From: the human T2T-CHM13v2.0 reference genome, Homo sapiens
Strand: one strand, 5' to 3'
Assembly (NCBI RefSeq): GCF_009914755.1
Contig: NC_060947.1
DNA: 64,000 bases
This document shows positions 46,975 through 61,585 of this stretch, in pieces. The position numbers and the translations under genes are program-made. The notes below the pieces were generated by a model, which had not been told where the DNA came from, searched no databases, and saw nothing but the letters and a program-made list of their open reading frames with translations. Position 1 is the stretch's first letter. Every line of letters starts with the position of its first letter.

Positions 46975-47221
46975 TTTAAAAAATTTATTTTTCATTCTGG
47001 GGTACATGTGTGGGATGTACAGGTTTGTTACATAGGTAAATGTGTGCCATGGTGGTTTGCTGCACCTATCAACCCATCACCTAGGTATTAAGCCCACCAT
47101 GTATTAGCTATTTTTCCTAATGCTCTCCCTCCTCACTACCCCACCCTGCAACCGGCCCCAGTGTGTGTTGTTCCCCTCCCTGTGTCCATGTGTTCTCATT
47201 GTTCAGCCCCCACTTGTAAGT
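46975..47221 (-). mobile_element. L1PA (~PA8-13) 3'UTR end, ~245 bp
   Basis: acataggtaaatgtgtgccatggtggtttgctgcacctatcaacccatcacctagg. Confidence 0.88.
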
Positions 47222-47658
47222 CAACATCCCTTCATGTTAAAAACTCTCAATAAACTAGGTATTGAAGGAAAATACCTCAAAATAATAAGAGCCATTAATG
47301 ACAAACCCACAGCCAATAACATGCTGAATGGACAAAAGCTGGAAGCATTCCCCTTGAAAACCGGCACAAGACAAGGATGCCCTCTCTCACCACTCCTATT
47401 CAACACAGTATTGGAAGTTCTGCCCAGGGCAATCAGGCAAGAGAAAGAAGTGTATTCAAATAGAAAGAGAGGAAGTCAAATTTTCTCTGTTTGCAGACGA
47501 CATGATGCTATATCTAGAAACCCCCATTGTATCAGCCCAAAAGCTTGTTAAACTCATAAGCAACTTCAGCAAAGTCTCAGGATACAAAATCAATGTGCAG
47601 AAGTCACAAGCATTTCTATACACCAACAACAGGCAAGCAGAGAACCAAATCATGAATG
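47221..47658 (+). mobile_element. Inverted L1 ORF2 RT segment joined to the preceding 3' end
   Basis: [30 protein letters not shown] and (F)[22 protein letters not shown] on + strand. Confidence 0.88.
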
Positions 47659-49096
47659 TATTTATTTCTTTAGAAGTAGAATTTCCCCTTGGCTGTGAGA
47701 GAGTGCAGGTGCATTCAGGGAAGAAGTCTTTACTGGTGCAGTCAGAGAGATGGGAGTTGAGATGAGGCAGTGAACTGACTGTTCAGGCAGTGGAGGAGGT
47801 GTTGCTAGATTTTGGGTATTCAAGAACAGAAATCCAAGTTGAATGATCTCATCAGACATATTGGGCTGTTGGGAATCGACTCAAGCTAGTCAAACACCTA
47901 AAAGACTAAGGGATAACACAGGACACAAATGCAAGCACTACCTGTATGTGGCTGGGGTATTTGTGCCAACCACTCTGAAGCTTTCTGTCCTGGTGTCCAG
48001 GCATCCAGGGAATGGGCTTAGAAATGAGAAGACTGGGTGGGTAGCAAGAAATTAGAATTGAGGCTGATGGATGGTCCCAAGGATTTCTCGGTTCAGGTCA
48101 TGGTGACTCTGGTAAATCATACAACTCTCTCAATAGTATTTATCTCTAAGGAATAAGAGTTTTCATATTAGTCAGATTCAGCACCTGCCTCTTTCCTGGA
48201 TAGACATTTTCCCGATCTTCAGATAGATTAGTATATCCCGCATATTAAAAATAGCCTTTTTAAAAAAGAAATAAGTAACACCATGGAATAGTTTATAATT
48301 ACTTTCCAGACCTACCTCTCTAGGATAATGCTGGTGTAATTCTGGATTTTACCAAGGTCAGGGATAACTTCCTCTCCTTGATAGTCCTGACTATCTCATT
48401 GGTTTTTGAAAGTTTTGGGATGGGCATTTCAAAATACCAAGAGATAGGCAAACACAAGAGGAGTTTTTTTTTATAATTTATTCCATTTTTCCTATGAGAT
48501 AGTATCAAGTAATAATCACATATGAATGAAATTGGGTTTTTAAGTCCTCTATTGGTGAGATTTTTCTTTATCTTTCAAATGTTGGAGCTGTGGGTGCCAT
48601 TCCAAGATGGGGGTGCAGGCAAATGGAGGTGTGCCAGTAGCCAAGCTTGGCTGGCACATGGCTTTGTTTCACCTGGGGCAGAAATGATGGCAATTGGTGA
48701 TATCTGTTGTACATAACTCTCATCATGGGAAGCACTGAAGGACAGGCTTTCTCTCTCTTTTCTCTAATAACATCATTAACATAGCAAATTATAATTTTGG
48801 AACAGGGGAAGTTTTATCTCAGTAATTTTATACTTCTATTTCCAGTTTTTTTCCTTTCTGCAGCATGTCTTAATTATATTTTGGGTTGAAACAAGAGTCT
48901 TGTAGCACCTTGTGATAATGACAAAAGTGTCAGTTTAGGAATCCTTTCTTTCCCAGAACAAGGAAAAATGGACATACTGTCAGTGACCTGACCTAGAGCC
49001 CCATGCCTGTTAATCTCTAGATTAGCCAGTGATTTTCCAGAGCAATACATTGTTCATGGAGTTCTGGATATCTCCCAGACTCTTTTGTCACCCATT

Positions 49097-49127
49097 TACA
49101 CACACATACACACACACACACACACGT

Positions 49128-49159
<32 letters not shown>
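49097..49159. repeat. Imperfect (CA)n microsatellite
   Basis: Read directly. Confidence 0.95.
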
Positions 49160-49161
<2 letters not shown>

Positions 49162-49279
49162 CTGACTTCCTAGTTTCATTCATGATATGTGAATGCTGCC
49201 TGTTTAATTTTCTGAAAGTAGTCTTATTTCCTTTATAAGGCAAAAGTGATTAATATTCGTCAAGTTTACAATATGTTCC

Positions 49280-49620
49280 CCTAAATTTCCCAGCTTCCTT
49301 TGAAGTTAAGAGGAGGTCATCTGACAACTTCTACTGAATGAATTCTGTGAAGAAATGGCATATGTTATGTATGGGCCAAAGAAGTGTAGAACTAGTGTGC
49401 CTCTTCCATCTTTCTTTTTCAACCATGGCAACCTGGGAATTCACATATTGAGATGGCAGTTTCACCAGATGGAGGAGGTTTGGATCCCTGAGTCACCAGA
49501 TGGAGGCAAGCTCTGGCCAACTTGCATTGGAGTTCATGTAAGTAAGAAACAAACTTCTGTTGTGCTAAGCCTTTGAGATTTTTGTTACTGCAGCATAGAC
49601 AGTCTTATGCTAACTGAACC
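49280..49620 (+). mobile_element. Ancient MaLR LTR (MLT1I/H-like); a similar copy lies at ~50530-50870
   Basis: tttcccagcttcctttgaagttaag...aagaaacaaacttctgttgtgctaagcc. Confidence 0.5.
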
Positions 49621-50101
49621 TTATTTCCACATTCCTATAAACATACAGTCTTCTCTATGAACTGATTACAGATATAAAAGATTTGGAGATCTCAGACTCA
49701 AATATCTAAAGTATCAGAATAGGCTAGGTGGAGAAACATTCTGGCCAGCTTCCTTTAGGACTCAGACTAAACAAGTAAGCAAAAACAAAAGCAAATACAA
49801 ACCCAAGTTTTCTGCTCAAATAATCTCCTCTTCCAAACTACTCAGGATCCTAGAAATTATGTGGTTTGTCAATGCAGAACTGAAGAACACTATTGCACTA
49901 TCTCTTCAGGAATGTTAAGTTATTTACAAGATGGGTCAGAGTTGGCCTGAAGGTGTTAAAGAGTGTCCTTGGTGGGGTAGGGATGGAGGGCTCTATGGAA
50001 AATTGTGCATTCTCCACAGTTTTCTATATTCCTGTCCTTTACCTTCTGGCATTCGTTCTATAGGTAATGGGCTAGACTTGATTATCTGATAGGCAGACTA
50101 T

Positions 50102-50102
<1 letters not shown>

Positions 50103-50138
<36 letters not shown>
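50103..50138. repeat. (CA)18 microsatellite
   Basis: Read directly. Confidence 0.97.
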
Positions 50139-50140
<2 letters not shown>

Positions 50141-51167
50141 TCATTCTGGGGGGAATTAAATATTTTGAAAAAACAAACCAACAGTCATGAGAAAAATCAG
50201 GACTTTGTCGGACTTCCTTATATTTTGGGGATAGGGCTCAGTATTAGTTTTATTTAGGCTGACATTAAGAAAGGGGGTTAGGTGTGGATGAAATTTCTGT
50301 AATATCTTTCAGAGCTTAAGGGCTCTAAAGCTCTTCATAGGAGCCTGCTCAGATATTTCTTCAGAGTTGTATCTTCTATCCAATTCTTCTCAAATGGCTG
50401 ATAATAAGCATTAAATACAAATTAAGCATTGTTTAGAAATAACAGAGGGTGTTTACGTTTTAGAAAGGTAGGGATGGGTTGGTAAGAGTTTGCGGCAGAG
50501 TCTAACTAGTTGATTACCAAACTGATTTTCTTTTTTTCTGGGACATACAACTTGACTACATTTCCCAGAATTCCTTACAGTTAAGTAGAGAATGCGTTGT
50601 ACACCATCTCCAGGCCTGGTCCATCAATAGTCTCCATGTGATTCTCTATATCTTTCTCTTTCCTTGAGGGATGACCTAATGCAGAGCATCTAGTGGAGGA
50701 GGCCCCAGGGATTTAGAGCCATGTAGATGGGAGGGAGCCTGGGTCTTTGAATGATTGTGTGGACCAGAGTCTACCTGATAGCCTGCATTAAACTGATATG
50801 TATGAGAAAAAAGCTACTGAGAGTTGGGAGTTGTTTGCTGCAGTGGTTAAGCTACCCTGACTAATACAGACCTCTTAGCTAATCATAGTTTATTCTTTCC
50901 TAAGAAATGTGCACTGTTTGAAGCAGTTTTTTAGGTGCCCTAAACACCTCTGCTAAAGCTCCAGGGTTTGAGGGTTACTACGGAGGGTTATCTGTGGAGA
51001 ATTTTCAGATGCGTCCTTCCAAAAGTGGTATTGATTATTCCTCTTTCCTGACAACATGGTAACAAATTTTTACCTCTCCTATGTAACCTGTCACACAATA
51101 TTTAAATTATTGTTAATGGTGTAACTTGACAACCTTATGCAAAAAGGGGGATTTATTTCATACTAGG

Positions 51168-52017
51168 AAGTGGTCTCCAAAGATGGCCGCCACCAATTCC
51201 TGTCTTCCATGTATGTGCATGTGGCTCCACCAACCAAGGAACAGAGTCTATTTCCTCTCCCCTGGAATCTAGACTGGCCTAATGACTTGCTTTGACCAAC
51301 AGAATATGGAGAATATGACATTCTGGGACTTCTGAGCACAAGCCTTAAGTGGAGTGGCTGCTTTGACAGCATCCCTCTACAAGACAGCTGACATTTAAGA
51401 ATTCTGACTATCCCGAGACTACCACATTGTGAGAAAGCCCAAACCAACCACGTGGAGTGCCCACGTGGGGAAGCACTTAGACACCAGATGTGAGTACAGT
51501 CTTCTCTCTTTTTTTTTTTTTTTTTTGAGACAGAGTCTCGCTCCATTGCCCAGGCTGGAGTGCAGTGGTGTAATCTTGGCTCACTGTAACCTCCATCTCC
51601 CGCGTTTAAGCAATTCTCTGGCCTCAGCCTCCTGAGTAGCTGGGATTACAGGCGTGTGCTACCATGCCCAGCTAATTTTTGTATTTTTAGTAGAGACAGG
51701 GTTTCACCATGTTGGCCAGGCTAGTCTCCAAACTCCTGACCTCAAATGATCCACCCACTTCGGCCTCCCAAAGTGCTGGGATTACAGGCATGAGCCACCT
51801 GAATGAAGTGAGCAGCCATGAGTGAAGCTTTTTTGAACCTTCTCACCCAGCCCAGACACCAGCTGAATGCAGCTGAGTGCGTGGCTCTAGTCAAGGCAAA
51901 ATAGATCAAAAGAACCATCCAGCTGAGTCAACTTACAGAATCATGAGAAAAATAAATTGTTGCTAGTTTAAGCCACTACATTTTGGAGTGGTTATACAGC
52001 AACAGATAACTGAAACA
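51168..52017 (+). mobile_element. MLT1F/E-like LTR containing an Alu
   Basis: aaagatggccgccaccaattcc...cagagtctatttcctctcccctggaatct...aataaattgttgctagtttaagccact...gataactgaaaca. Confidence 0.65.
51508..51800 (-). mobile_element. AluS
   Basis: Poly-T then gagacagagtctcgctc...ggcatgagccacc. Confidence 0.93.
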
Positions 52018-52137
52018 GGAGGGATTCTAGGTGTGAGGTTTTGATTGATTAGGAAAAGAATTGTAGTTTCCCTTGGGATTATTCATTGTTGTCTTTTAAG
52101 TCATGAAGGCAGAAACGTGGCTTTCAAAGAGGTCTGA

Positions 52138-52438
<301 letters not shown>

Positions 52439-53919
52439 CAACAAAAGTTTTTTGAGTGAAAGTGATTATTCATTTACCTCTCAGTTTCTATCTTAGTAGG
52501 GGAATGATCATATGTTGCCTGGGCACAGAACAGTGCCTCAGTAAGGGAGCAGGCTTTAAAGGTTTATTGACTAAGTTAATGCTGGGTATGGTGGGGGAGA
52601 CCTCATCCTTTGATGGAATGAGTAAGTCATGAGGAGCCCTCAGCTTACCCCAAATGTCTCACCTAAAGGTCACCTAAATGTCTCACCTAAAGGAAGTGGC
52701 TAGTTGAAGAAAGCTTTGGTGCACCTCAAGAGTTGCAGTAAATCAATAAATATACCACTATGCAATGCAAAAGGGAATTCAGTTGCCACTCAATAGAAAG
52801 AGAAAGAAATTCCTTATCATTAGACCAGAAACCATTATCTGAGGATAAAGATCAATCAAATTGCATTTGAAACACTCTTTGTGTTGCTCTTAGAAAGTGT
52901 TCTTTTCTTGAGAAATGATTTAGCACTCAGTATCGACAACATGATAACCCCTGAGAACAAATAGCAGAGATGGCTCTGTACTAGGAAAAGCAAATGTGAA
53001 ATGGAGCGTACCTGGACAGAAATAAACCCAGTGGAGACAAAATATGCAAGGGCTGTTACTTATCTGTTTTGGCCCACATTCTGGGTATAGCTATTTTGAT
53101 TTCATTAGCCAGGTAGAGGTAATTCGTGTATCAATTTATGACATAGCCAGAGGAGTTCTTTAACTTGGAACTTTGTGAAAATAAAAGGATCAGCTGACAA
53201 GAGATGAATCATGCTTTGGAAAGAGAACTATATCCATTTAAATATTAAGTTGAATAAATCTTTACCACAAACTTTAAAGAATATACTGCAGGGTTCTGTT
53301 ACAACTTCCAGTTACTCCTTTTTAAGTAGCTGATAAGAATTTTTAGTTTGTTTGACCAAGGGACCCACGGTGTTGAATTCAGGATTTGCTTATCATCCAT
53401 CCAGCCATTCACTCATTTCCTGTCTATCTGTTTATCCATTTGTCCATTTATATGAACATTTGCTATTTTCCTGGTGCTGTGTGTGCTGTGCCATTGGTGA
53501 TATTAACAAGCTGGTAATACAGAGTGTGACAAATGGTTTTCATGTGGGAGCCCACTGTAACATCACTTTGCTACTCTTCTGACTGAACTCCAAACTGTTT
53601 TTGACCCATTCCATTTCATACCAAGCATGGAAACTTTCTTGTTTGAAGACCCAGTCTATCATTTGTAGAATCGTATTGGTTTTTTGTTTGTTTGTTTTGC
53701 TTTTACAATTGACCAAAGTTTGCTTGAAACATAAAACCTTTAACACTGTGTTGTTAAGGGTGTTTGATACCTCTGATATGCTCAAATACTGGAAGCTTGT
53801 TTCGCTCCTTAATTTGATATAACCTGATGTTAAACGAGACATTTCTTGTTTCCCATTTCAACTGAGGCCTCAACACTTGAGAATACGTCGCAAGTCTCCA
53901 CGTTCTAGGGAGAGGGGTT

Positions 53920-54302
53920 GGGGTTAGACCATCTGTGCTGTCGTAAAGAAATACCTGAGACTGGGTAATTTATAAAGAAAAGAGATTTAATTGGCTCACA
54001 GTTCTGTAGGCTGTACAGAAAGCATGACACCGGCATCTGCTGGGCTTCTGATGAGGCCTCAGGGTACTTTTACTCATCATGTGTTACGTGGCATTTGAGG
54101 AAACAAGAAAGAGAGGAGGAGGAGCCAGCCTCCCTTAAACAACCAACTCTCATGTGAACTAACTCAGCGAGAACTCACTCATAACCAAGGGGATGGCACT
54201 AAGCTATTCATGAGGGACCCAACCCCATGACCCAAACACCTCCTACCAAGCCCCACCTCGAACATTAGAGATTCGGAGGAAACAAGCATCTAAAACATAT
54301 CA
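53920..54302 (-). mobile_element. MSTA-like MaLR LTR
   Basis: aagaaatacctgagactgggtaatttataaagaaaagag...cccaaacacctcc...aaacatatca. Confidence 0.8.
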
Positions 54303-54652
54303 GGGGTAGATCATGTATGTAGGATAAGGTAAGAGATTATATTTGTCCAGGGGCCTTTAGCCTATCACTCACCTCAAAGGTGTGTGAGGTCAGCTGAGGG
54401 TTGATTGAAGAAACTCGAGGCTGTATGGGAAGTGTCGGTAGAAACACATTATCCAGTCATAGCCATGGGACCAGAGGAGAGCTTAGAGTGAAAGTCCATA
54501 GAAAATCTGGCCAAATGACCCTCAGAGTTTGGAGGACACAGAGACTACTGGCTGACACCTGCCTGGACATGCCTAAAGTCTGGAGGTTGGCAACTTCTGT
54601 GAGGACAAAGAGGAGAGAGAGAGGGTTGCCATAGGGGCGGCTTGAGGTTTGA

Positions 54653-55041
<389 letters not shown>

Positions 55042-55184
55042 TTACTGCTTGCCTGGGAGAGATGGTCCAGGTAGAAGGAACCTGCAAGGGGCAATAACCA
55101 GGAGTACAGGTGACAAGTGGCCTCTGGAGACTGCATTCTTGAAGCAGAGGAGAGAGAAGTGGGAAGTTCCCAAAGGAGGGTGGG

Positions 55185-55575
55185 TGTTATGGTCTGAATG
55201 TGTCCCCCACAATTTATATGTTGAAACTTAGTCACCAATGCAATAGTATTAAGAGGTGGGAACTTTAGGAGGTGATTAAGTTATGAGGGTGAAGACCTCA
55301 CAGATGAGATTAGCACCTTATAAAAGAGTTTGAGGGGATCAGTCTGTTCCTTCTGTCCCTTTGGCCACATGACGACAAGATTCATCCCGTCTGTAGGAAG
55401 CAACGTTTAAGGTGCCATCTGGCAAGCAGAGACCAGACCCTCACCGAACACCAAACCTGCTGGCACCTTGATTTTGGACTTTTCAGTCTCCAGAACTGTA
55501 AGAAATACATTTCTGTTCTTTACCAATGATCCAGTCTCAGGTATTTTGTTATAGCAGCCTGAATGAACTAAGACA
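55185..55575 (+). mobile_element. MSTD/MLT1A-like MaLR solo LTR
   Basis: TGTTATGGTCTGAATG...cagtctcaggtattttgttatagcagcctgaatgaactaagaCA. Confidence 0.8.
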
Positions 55576-56707
55576 ATGGGCCACTGAAAAACACAACAAA
55601 GCATTCTGCAAGAGAGAGTCAGCTTTTGTGCATCTGTGACACCACCAGATTACAAGCACAGAGTCAAGTAAGGCCTTTTCCCCCTTCAGCTCTGCTCCTA
55701 GCCACTTTGGAGTAGCCAGAGGCAGCATAATGAGTAGGGGACTAGGAGTAGAAGAATAAAGTGGAATTAGAGGAGGATAGTTTTGCTTTTAGGCTATACT
55801 GGGCTCCTGGATCTGCAGATTCACTGGTGGAAACACATAAAGTTGTTTCTCAGCTTGGACCCTACCAAATGCAGCTCATTCAATATATTGGGCACATCAG
55901 GGATGGTTTTTATGATCCTATTACTCTTTGTCTTAATTTGAGTGCTCTGCTAGCCTCTGTCTGCTGGCTTCTTTGCTGCAATTGGTATTTAATGTGCAGT
56001 AGGGATAGGAGATGTATGTAAAGTTCCTTTCATTGGAGAGAGTGGGCTGAATTCTGTGTTAGAAATGGATTTTAACTATTGGGTGTCATGACATATCCTC
56101 TGGCATCCTTCAGTATCCTTTCCTGAGCAAGATAGGTGACAGGTTGCTTTCCTTTAGCCATTTCATGGCCAACATTTAGGAGGCTTCATGGCCTTTAAGA
56201 AAGGCCAGGATATCTGATATCTTAGAAATGAAAAGATTGAGAGGAAACTGGATTATGTGTGGAATCTCATAGTGGAAACCAAGGCAATAATGATAAAGAC
56301 TCAAGCTAAGGTTGTCGCAGGGTGGAAAAATAATTGGGGATGGATTTGGGGAGGCAGCCTCCCATTTCACTTAGTGCCAGTACTACCCATCTCCTGACCA
56401 CGTCTCTGTCCTTGGAACCATCCTGAACGATTAATACTTCCATATAACTTCATATTCTATTGTGTCAAAAAGATTTGATTTACACCTGAAATGCATCTCA
56501 AATCTTCCTCCTTATTTCTAGTTTCCACTGTTTCTGATGAACTTCACTACTGTTTGCCCTTCCTTTCCAAATAGTTTCCTAACTGGGCACTCTGCTTCCT
56601 GCTTCTTTCTTCAGGCCACACTCTGCATTGGAGCTAATCCTTCTAAGAATCTTTCTAAAACATCAGAGCTGAAGATTGTGGCCTGAGCAAAAGTATTTGT
56701 GCCCACT

Positions 56708-57323
56708 GTGTTAGGCAGAATGTCTCCCTTCCCCCATACCTATGCCTTAATCCCTGAAACCTGTGAGTATGTTACATTACATGCCAAAAGGAACTTTGCA
56801 GACATAATTAATGTTATGGACCTTAAACTAGGGAGAGTATTCTGTATTATCCAGGTGGGTCCAATCTAATCATGAGTCCTTAAAAGCAGACAACTTTCCT
56901 AGGCTAGATAGAGGTGGGGAGATGTGGCAGAAGAAGAAATTGGAGAGATTCAAAGCTTAAGAGGGACTTAACTCAGGGTTGTAGGAGAAGGAAAGCACTA
57001 GAAGGAATGTGGGCAACAGTTAAAACAGGACCCCGAGCCAACAGCCCACAAGGAAATGAGGACCTTTGTTCTACACCCATAAGGACCTTAACTTGGCCAA
57101 CAACCTGAATAAGCTCAGAAGCAGATTCATCCTCAGAGCCTTCAGAAAGGAATGCAGCCCTGCCACACCTTGGCTTTGGTCTTGTGAGACCCTAAGCTGA
57201 AGACCTGTTGGGCTACATTGTGCCAAAGCCTCTGACATGCAGAACTATAAGCTAATAAATACTTGGAATTATAAGCCACTAAATTTGTGGCTATTTGTTA
57301 CAGCAGCAATAGAAAGCTAATAC
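56708..57323 (+). mobile_element. MLT1D/E-like MaLR solo LTR
   Basis: tgttaggcagaat...taatccctgaaacctgtgagtatgttac...aagccactaaatttgtgg...ctaataCA. Confidence 0.78.
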
Positions 57324-60247
57324 ACCTACTCATCTCAACCAAAGGGGATAAACAGAGAAGGATTGGGAGGTTGGGGGGTGCTTATCAAAGGAGGAACTAT
57401 TTCAACAACTATCTGGGAGCTCTAAAGCAGAACATGCAAAGCCAGTTGGCAGACGAAAGAGAACAGAGGTGCTACATCCCAGACTCTCCTGTGAAAGTTG
57501 CAATGGAGGTGGGAGTCAAATTGTGTCTCACAAATCTGAAGCGACTTTTGGGCTCAAGCATGCAGGTAAAAGAGTGGGAGCAAGAAGTGAGGTTCAAATA
57601 AAGGGGACTCACTGAAGCAGAACCTCTCACCTTCACTTGGCCGAAGCAGCCTGGTTAGTACTTACATCCGGGTGCAACAATGAAAATTCTCTAAAGAAAG
57701 TGAGCTCACCATCTCACAGTATCTATGGCTCATCCAGCGGGTGTTCATGCCATGATCATTACAAGGGGCATCACAAGTGGGGTCCAGCAGGCAGCGGAGA
57801 GTGTAATTGGGCAAAATGTTCATCTTCCAGAGTAGGGTGTCAATATCTATCCCGTCTAGTTGATAAGACAACAGAGGATGAGCTTGTCCTCATTTCCCTC
57901 CAGCCCTTAAACCCCCACCGGAACCCTAGCCCAGGAGCTTAGTGCTGTTCTCAGTTGGAATGTCACCTTTCTGACATTTTTCGATGAGCTATTATTTAGA
58001 GTTTTGGTGAGAAATCACAGAACAACTAAAAACAAGAGATTGCTTCCAGGGGCAAGACTGAGGCGGGGGCAGGTAGCAGCAGGGCTAAAGACACTGCTTT
58101 TCATTTCATAAGTCCTTCTCACTATTTGACTTTTCATCGTTTAAAATTATTACATTGATGAAAAAGATCAAGTTACCACAGAGCTTGTCTGTATCATTTT
58201 CGTTTTAAAAATCCCACAGTCCTCACCACCAAACCTGGGAGCTTCAGTCTCATGGGTCTGTTACCTTGGTGCAGAATGATTTTTCTGTTTTCTTTGCTTA
58301 GGAAAACCAGATGGAGTTCTTATAGACCAGGTCAACTGTCATCACCCCTATGAAGCTCTCCATGACCCTTGGCACTTAATTAGACTTGGTCACGTAGTAC
58401 AGTTTCCACATTTGCATGTACATTTCCATTGCTATTCTGTGAGTTTCTTGAAATATATGGCAGTGTCTATTTCATAGTTGAATCCCCATTCTCTGACACA
58501 GTGTTGAGTGTTAGGAGAGGCACAATAATCCTTTGCAAACAAGTAGTTGAATATTGCCCTTTGTGACTTTTCCTATCTTATTTTATTTTAATCACAATTT
58601 TACCTCTGTCTGATCCTGACATTTAAGCTCTGGTGTCTCTTGATCTGAGGGGGCTTTGAAGTTCATTTTAACCAGATTTCGCCTGAGGAAATATATTTCA
58701 GCAATGGAGGACTTCGTTATCCCACGTGACTTGCCCCAGGCCCCTAATCCCTCTGGAGATAGTACTAGTTCTTCATGAACACAAACAAGGAATTTTAATG
58801 CACATTCGACCGGAAGGCTTTATCAACCTTTGTCCTTTTACTTGCCAAAATAACAGAGCATTTACTGTAGGAAATAAAATTTTAAAAGCTTGCAAAATTA
58901 AAAAATAGATTATGACTTGTGCTAAAGTCTTCATTTCCATATAAGATCGAAAATTAATAAATGCACATATTCAATTTTTCATTCTTCTACCTCACAAAAG
59001 TGTTGAGGCAGCCTGCAAGAAATCGGAACTATCTCTGAGACATTATGATGACCAGTGTGAAAGAACAAGGACTTAGCAATAGAGAATCATCCACCACAAG
59101 CTTTATTCCAGTTGTATGTTCTCATTGTGCATTTAAAATGTGCCTCCATATTCAAAAAATTAACTCACTTCTAATTTTTCTGGACTCTACTTATTGCATA
59201 AAGTGAGACACACCTGTAGACAATAAAAAGGGAAACAGACTCTCTTTGCTGACCAGGCAATCAAAAACGTGTTCAGTGGAAACCACAAGAAAGAAAAAAC
59301 CTGCTTACTTTCTGGGTGGGAAAATAATGAGTCATATACTTGTGATAAATAGAATTATCAATTCATAAATTCCAAGTAATAGGTTTTCACTTGTCAGGGA
59401 CGAATGACCCATTCTTTTGCTTATGGGAAATAGCACTACCCAGTTCCTAGTATGTGCAGCTGCCACCTTAGATGTTGGCATCTGCTGGTCTTTGACCACG
59501 TCTAATGAATGAGTTCTGCTTATTTTGATGCTGCATCCAAACGGAAGGAATAGTAACACCTTATACCAACAGCTGTGGAGGTTGATGTCTTCTTTTTCAA
59601 GGGAGGAATGGGCTCTAAATACATTCTCTTTTTTTGGCAAAATTTGTTCATGATAAGCCGCCAGTAGCCTGATAACAGACTGCCTGACCTTCTCAAAATA
59701 GAAAAGGTCATCACAGCCTGGGTATCCCAAAGCTGAGCTAGGTACAGCCTTTCACAATTAGAAAGGTAGGTCTTTTTCTCTCTCCATTCTCTCTGTAGGA
59801 TATGCACCATGTCCCAGGTCACTGTTTGAGGCCTCAGCTTCAGAGATGAAAATACTTAGTGGTGTTGGGTCCACTGATTACTCATCCAAGGAGTTTATTT
59901 CGGCCCTTAGAATACATGAAAGTTTGTCATACAAACTTTCTTTGCCTATATTTTCCATAGGAAATGAATGATCAAACAGACAAATGTGATATCATAAAAT
60001 TCATGCACCTTAAAAAAAGAAACCTATGTACATAGATTCTTAGCTAATACTTGTTATAAGTAACTTTCTTTGTGCCTATATAACCTATAAGCTCATTCTT
60101 TCAGTCACTCTTTCTGTGTTGATTAATGTTTTCAGCTCATGAACCATGTGCATTTCCCCTACCTCCTGTTTCCTGTATATTGACATCCCCATACAGATAT
60201 TGGACATGCTAGCTCCAAGTTTCATCTCCAGCCTGGAACTTCCATTA

Positions 60248-60400
60248 CAGTAAATCCTCACTTAGCATTGTCGATAGGTTCTTGGAAAGTGCAACTTTAC
60301 CGAAATGACATACAACAGCAGGTCCTTGACTAACGTCGTTTTCTTCAATGTTGTTTAGTTATAACATTGATGAGAAAAAAAATTGGTTTCATTATACTAA
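60248..60400. mobile_element. Tigger4a (Zombi)-like fragment
   Basis: ta|cagtaaatcctcacttagcattgtcgataggttcttggaaa...caggtccttgactaacgtcgtt. Confidence 0.55.
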
Positions 60401-60706
60401 CCTGGTGTGGGAATTGGTATGCTAGCTATGTCTTTTAGACAAACATAGACCTGGAAAGTCTTTATCTAGAAGGCTGGACAGGACTTTAAGTGTGAAATCT
60501 AGAGAGGTGATGGATAGGAGCGAACTGGCAGGAGACCAGAGTTCTAATTCTTACTCTAGTAATTGCTAAATTTGTGACCTTGGACAATTGACTTAAAACT
60601 ATCTAGCCTCTACTTCTTCCTCCATAAAGGAAAAGGATTGGCTCAGTGTTCCCAACGAGCCCATCAGTTCTATGATTCTGGTCTCTAGACCTGCACTTAT
60701 CTGTAG

Positions 60707-61088
<382 letters not shown>

Positions 61089-61424
61089 TGTTGCTGCCTC
61101 ATATTTATTTCACAAAATTAGTCATTCCTAATGAACTTCAGATTTGTGCCAAATCTCTATCCCATCTCTATTTTTATTTTCTAAATACTTTTCTTCTAAT
61201 TGACTCATTTTTTAAAGCTTAATATTGAATCATTTCATTACAATAAAGGGATACATGGGTTAGTATTTATGGTAGCAGAAATAACTATAGTGGGGAAAAA
61301 AAAAAAACCTAACAATTACCCAGGGGCAGTAACCCAGAATTATTGCTGCAAAGGCTCAGACAAGTAGACCCTCTAGTCTGGGTGATCACTTGTTAATGCA
61401 AATCCAGAAACCATTTCAGCAACA

Positions 61425-61585
61425 CTGTCCTTCAAAAATTAAGGAGAAATAGAAATATTTTCAGATGAACTGTGAGAATTCATTGATAGCTGGCCTAAAC
61501 TACAAGAAATGATAATAGGAGTTCTTTACACTGAAGGGAAATGACACTAGATTACAACTTGGATCTTTAAGAAAGAACGAAGATC
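61425..61585 (+). mobile_element. Ancient L1M ORF1 3' fragment
   Basis: ctgtccttcaaaaattaaggagaaatagaaatattttcaga...ctacaagaaatg. Confidence 0.5.
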
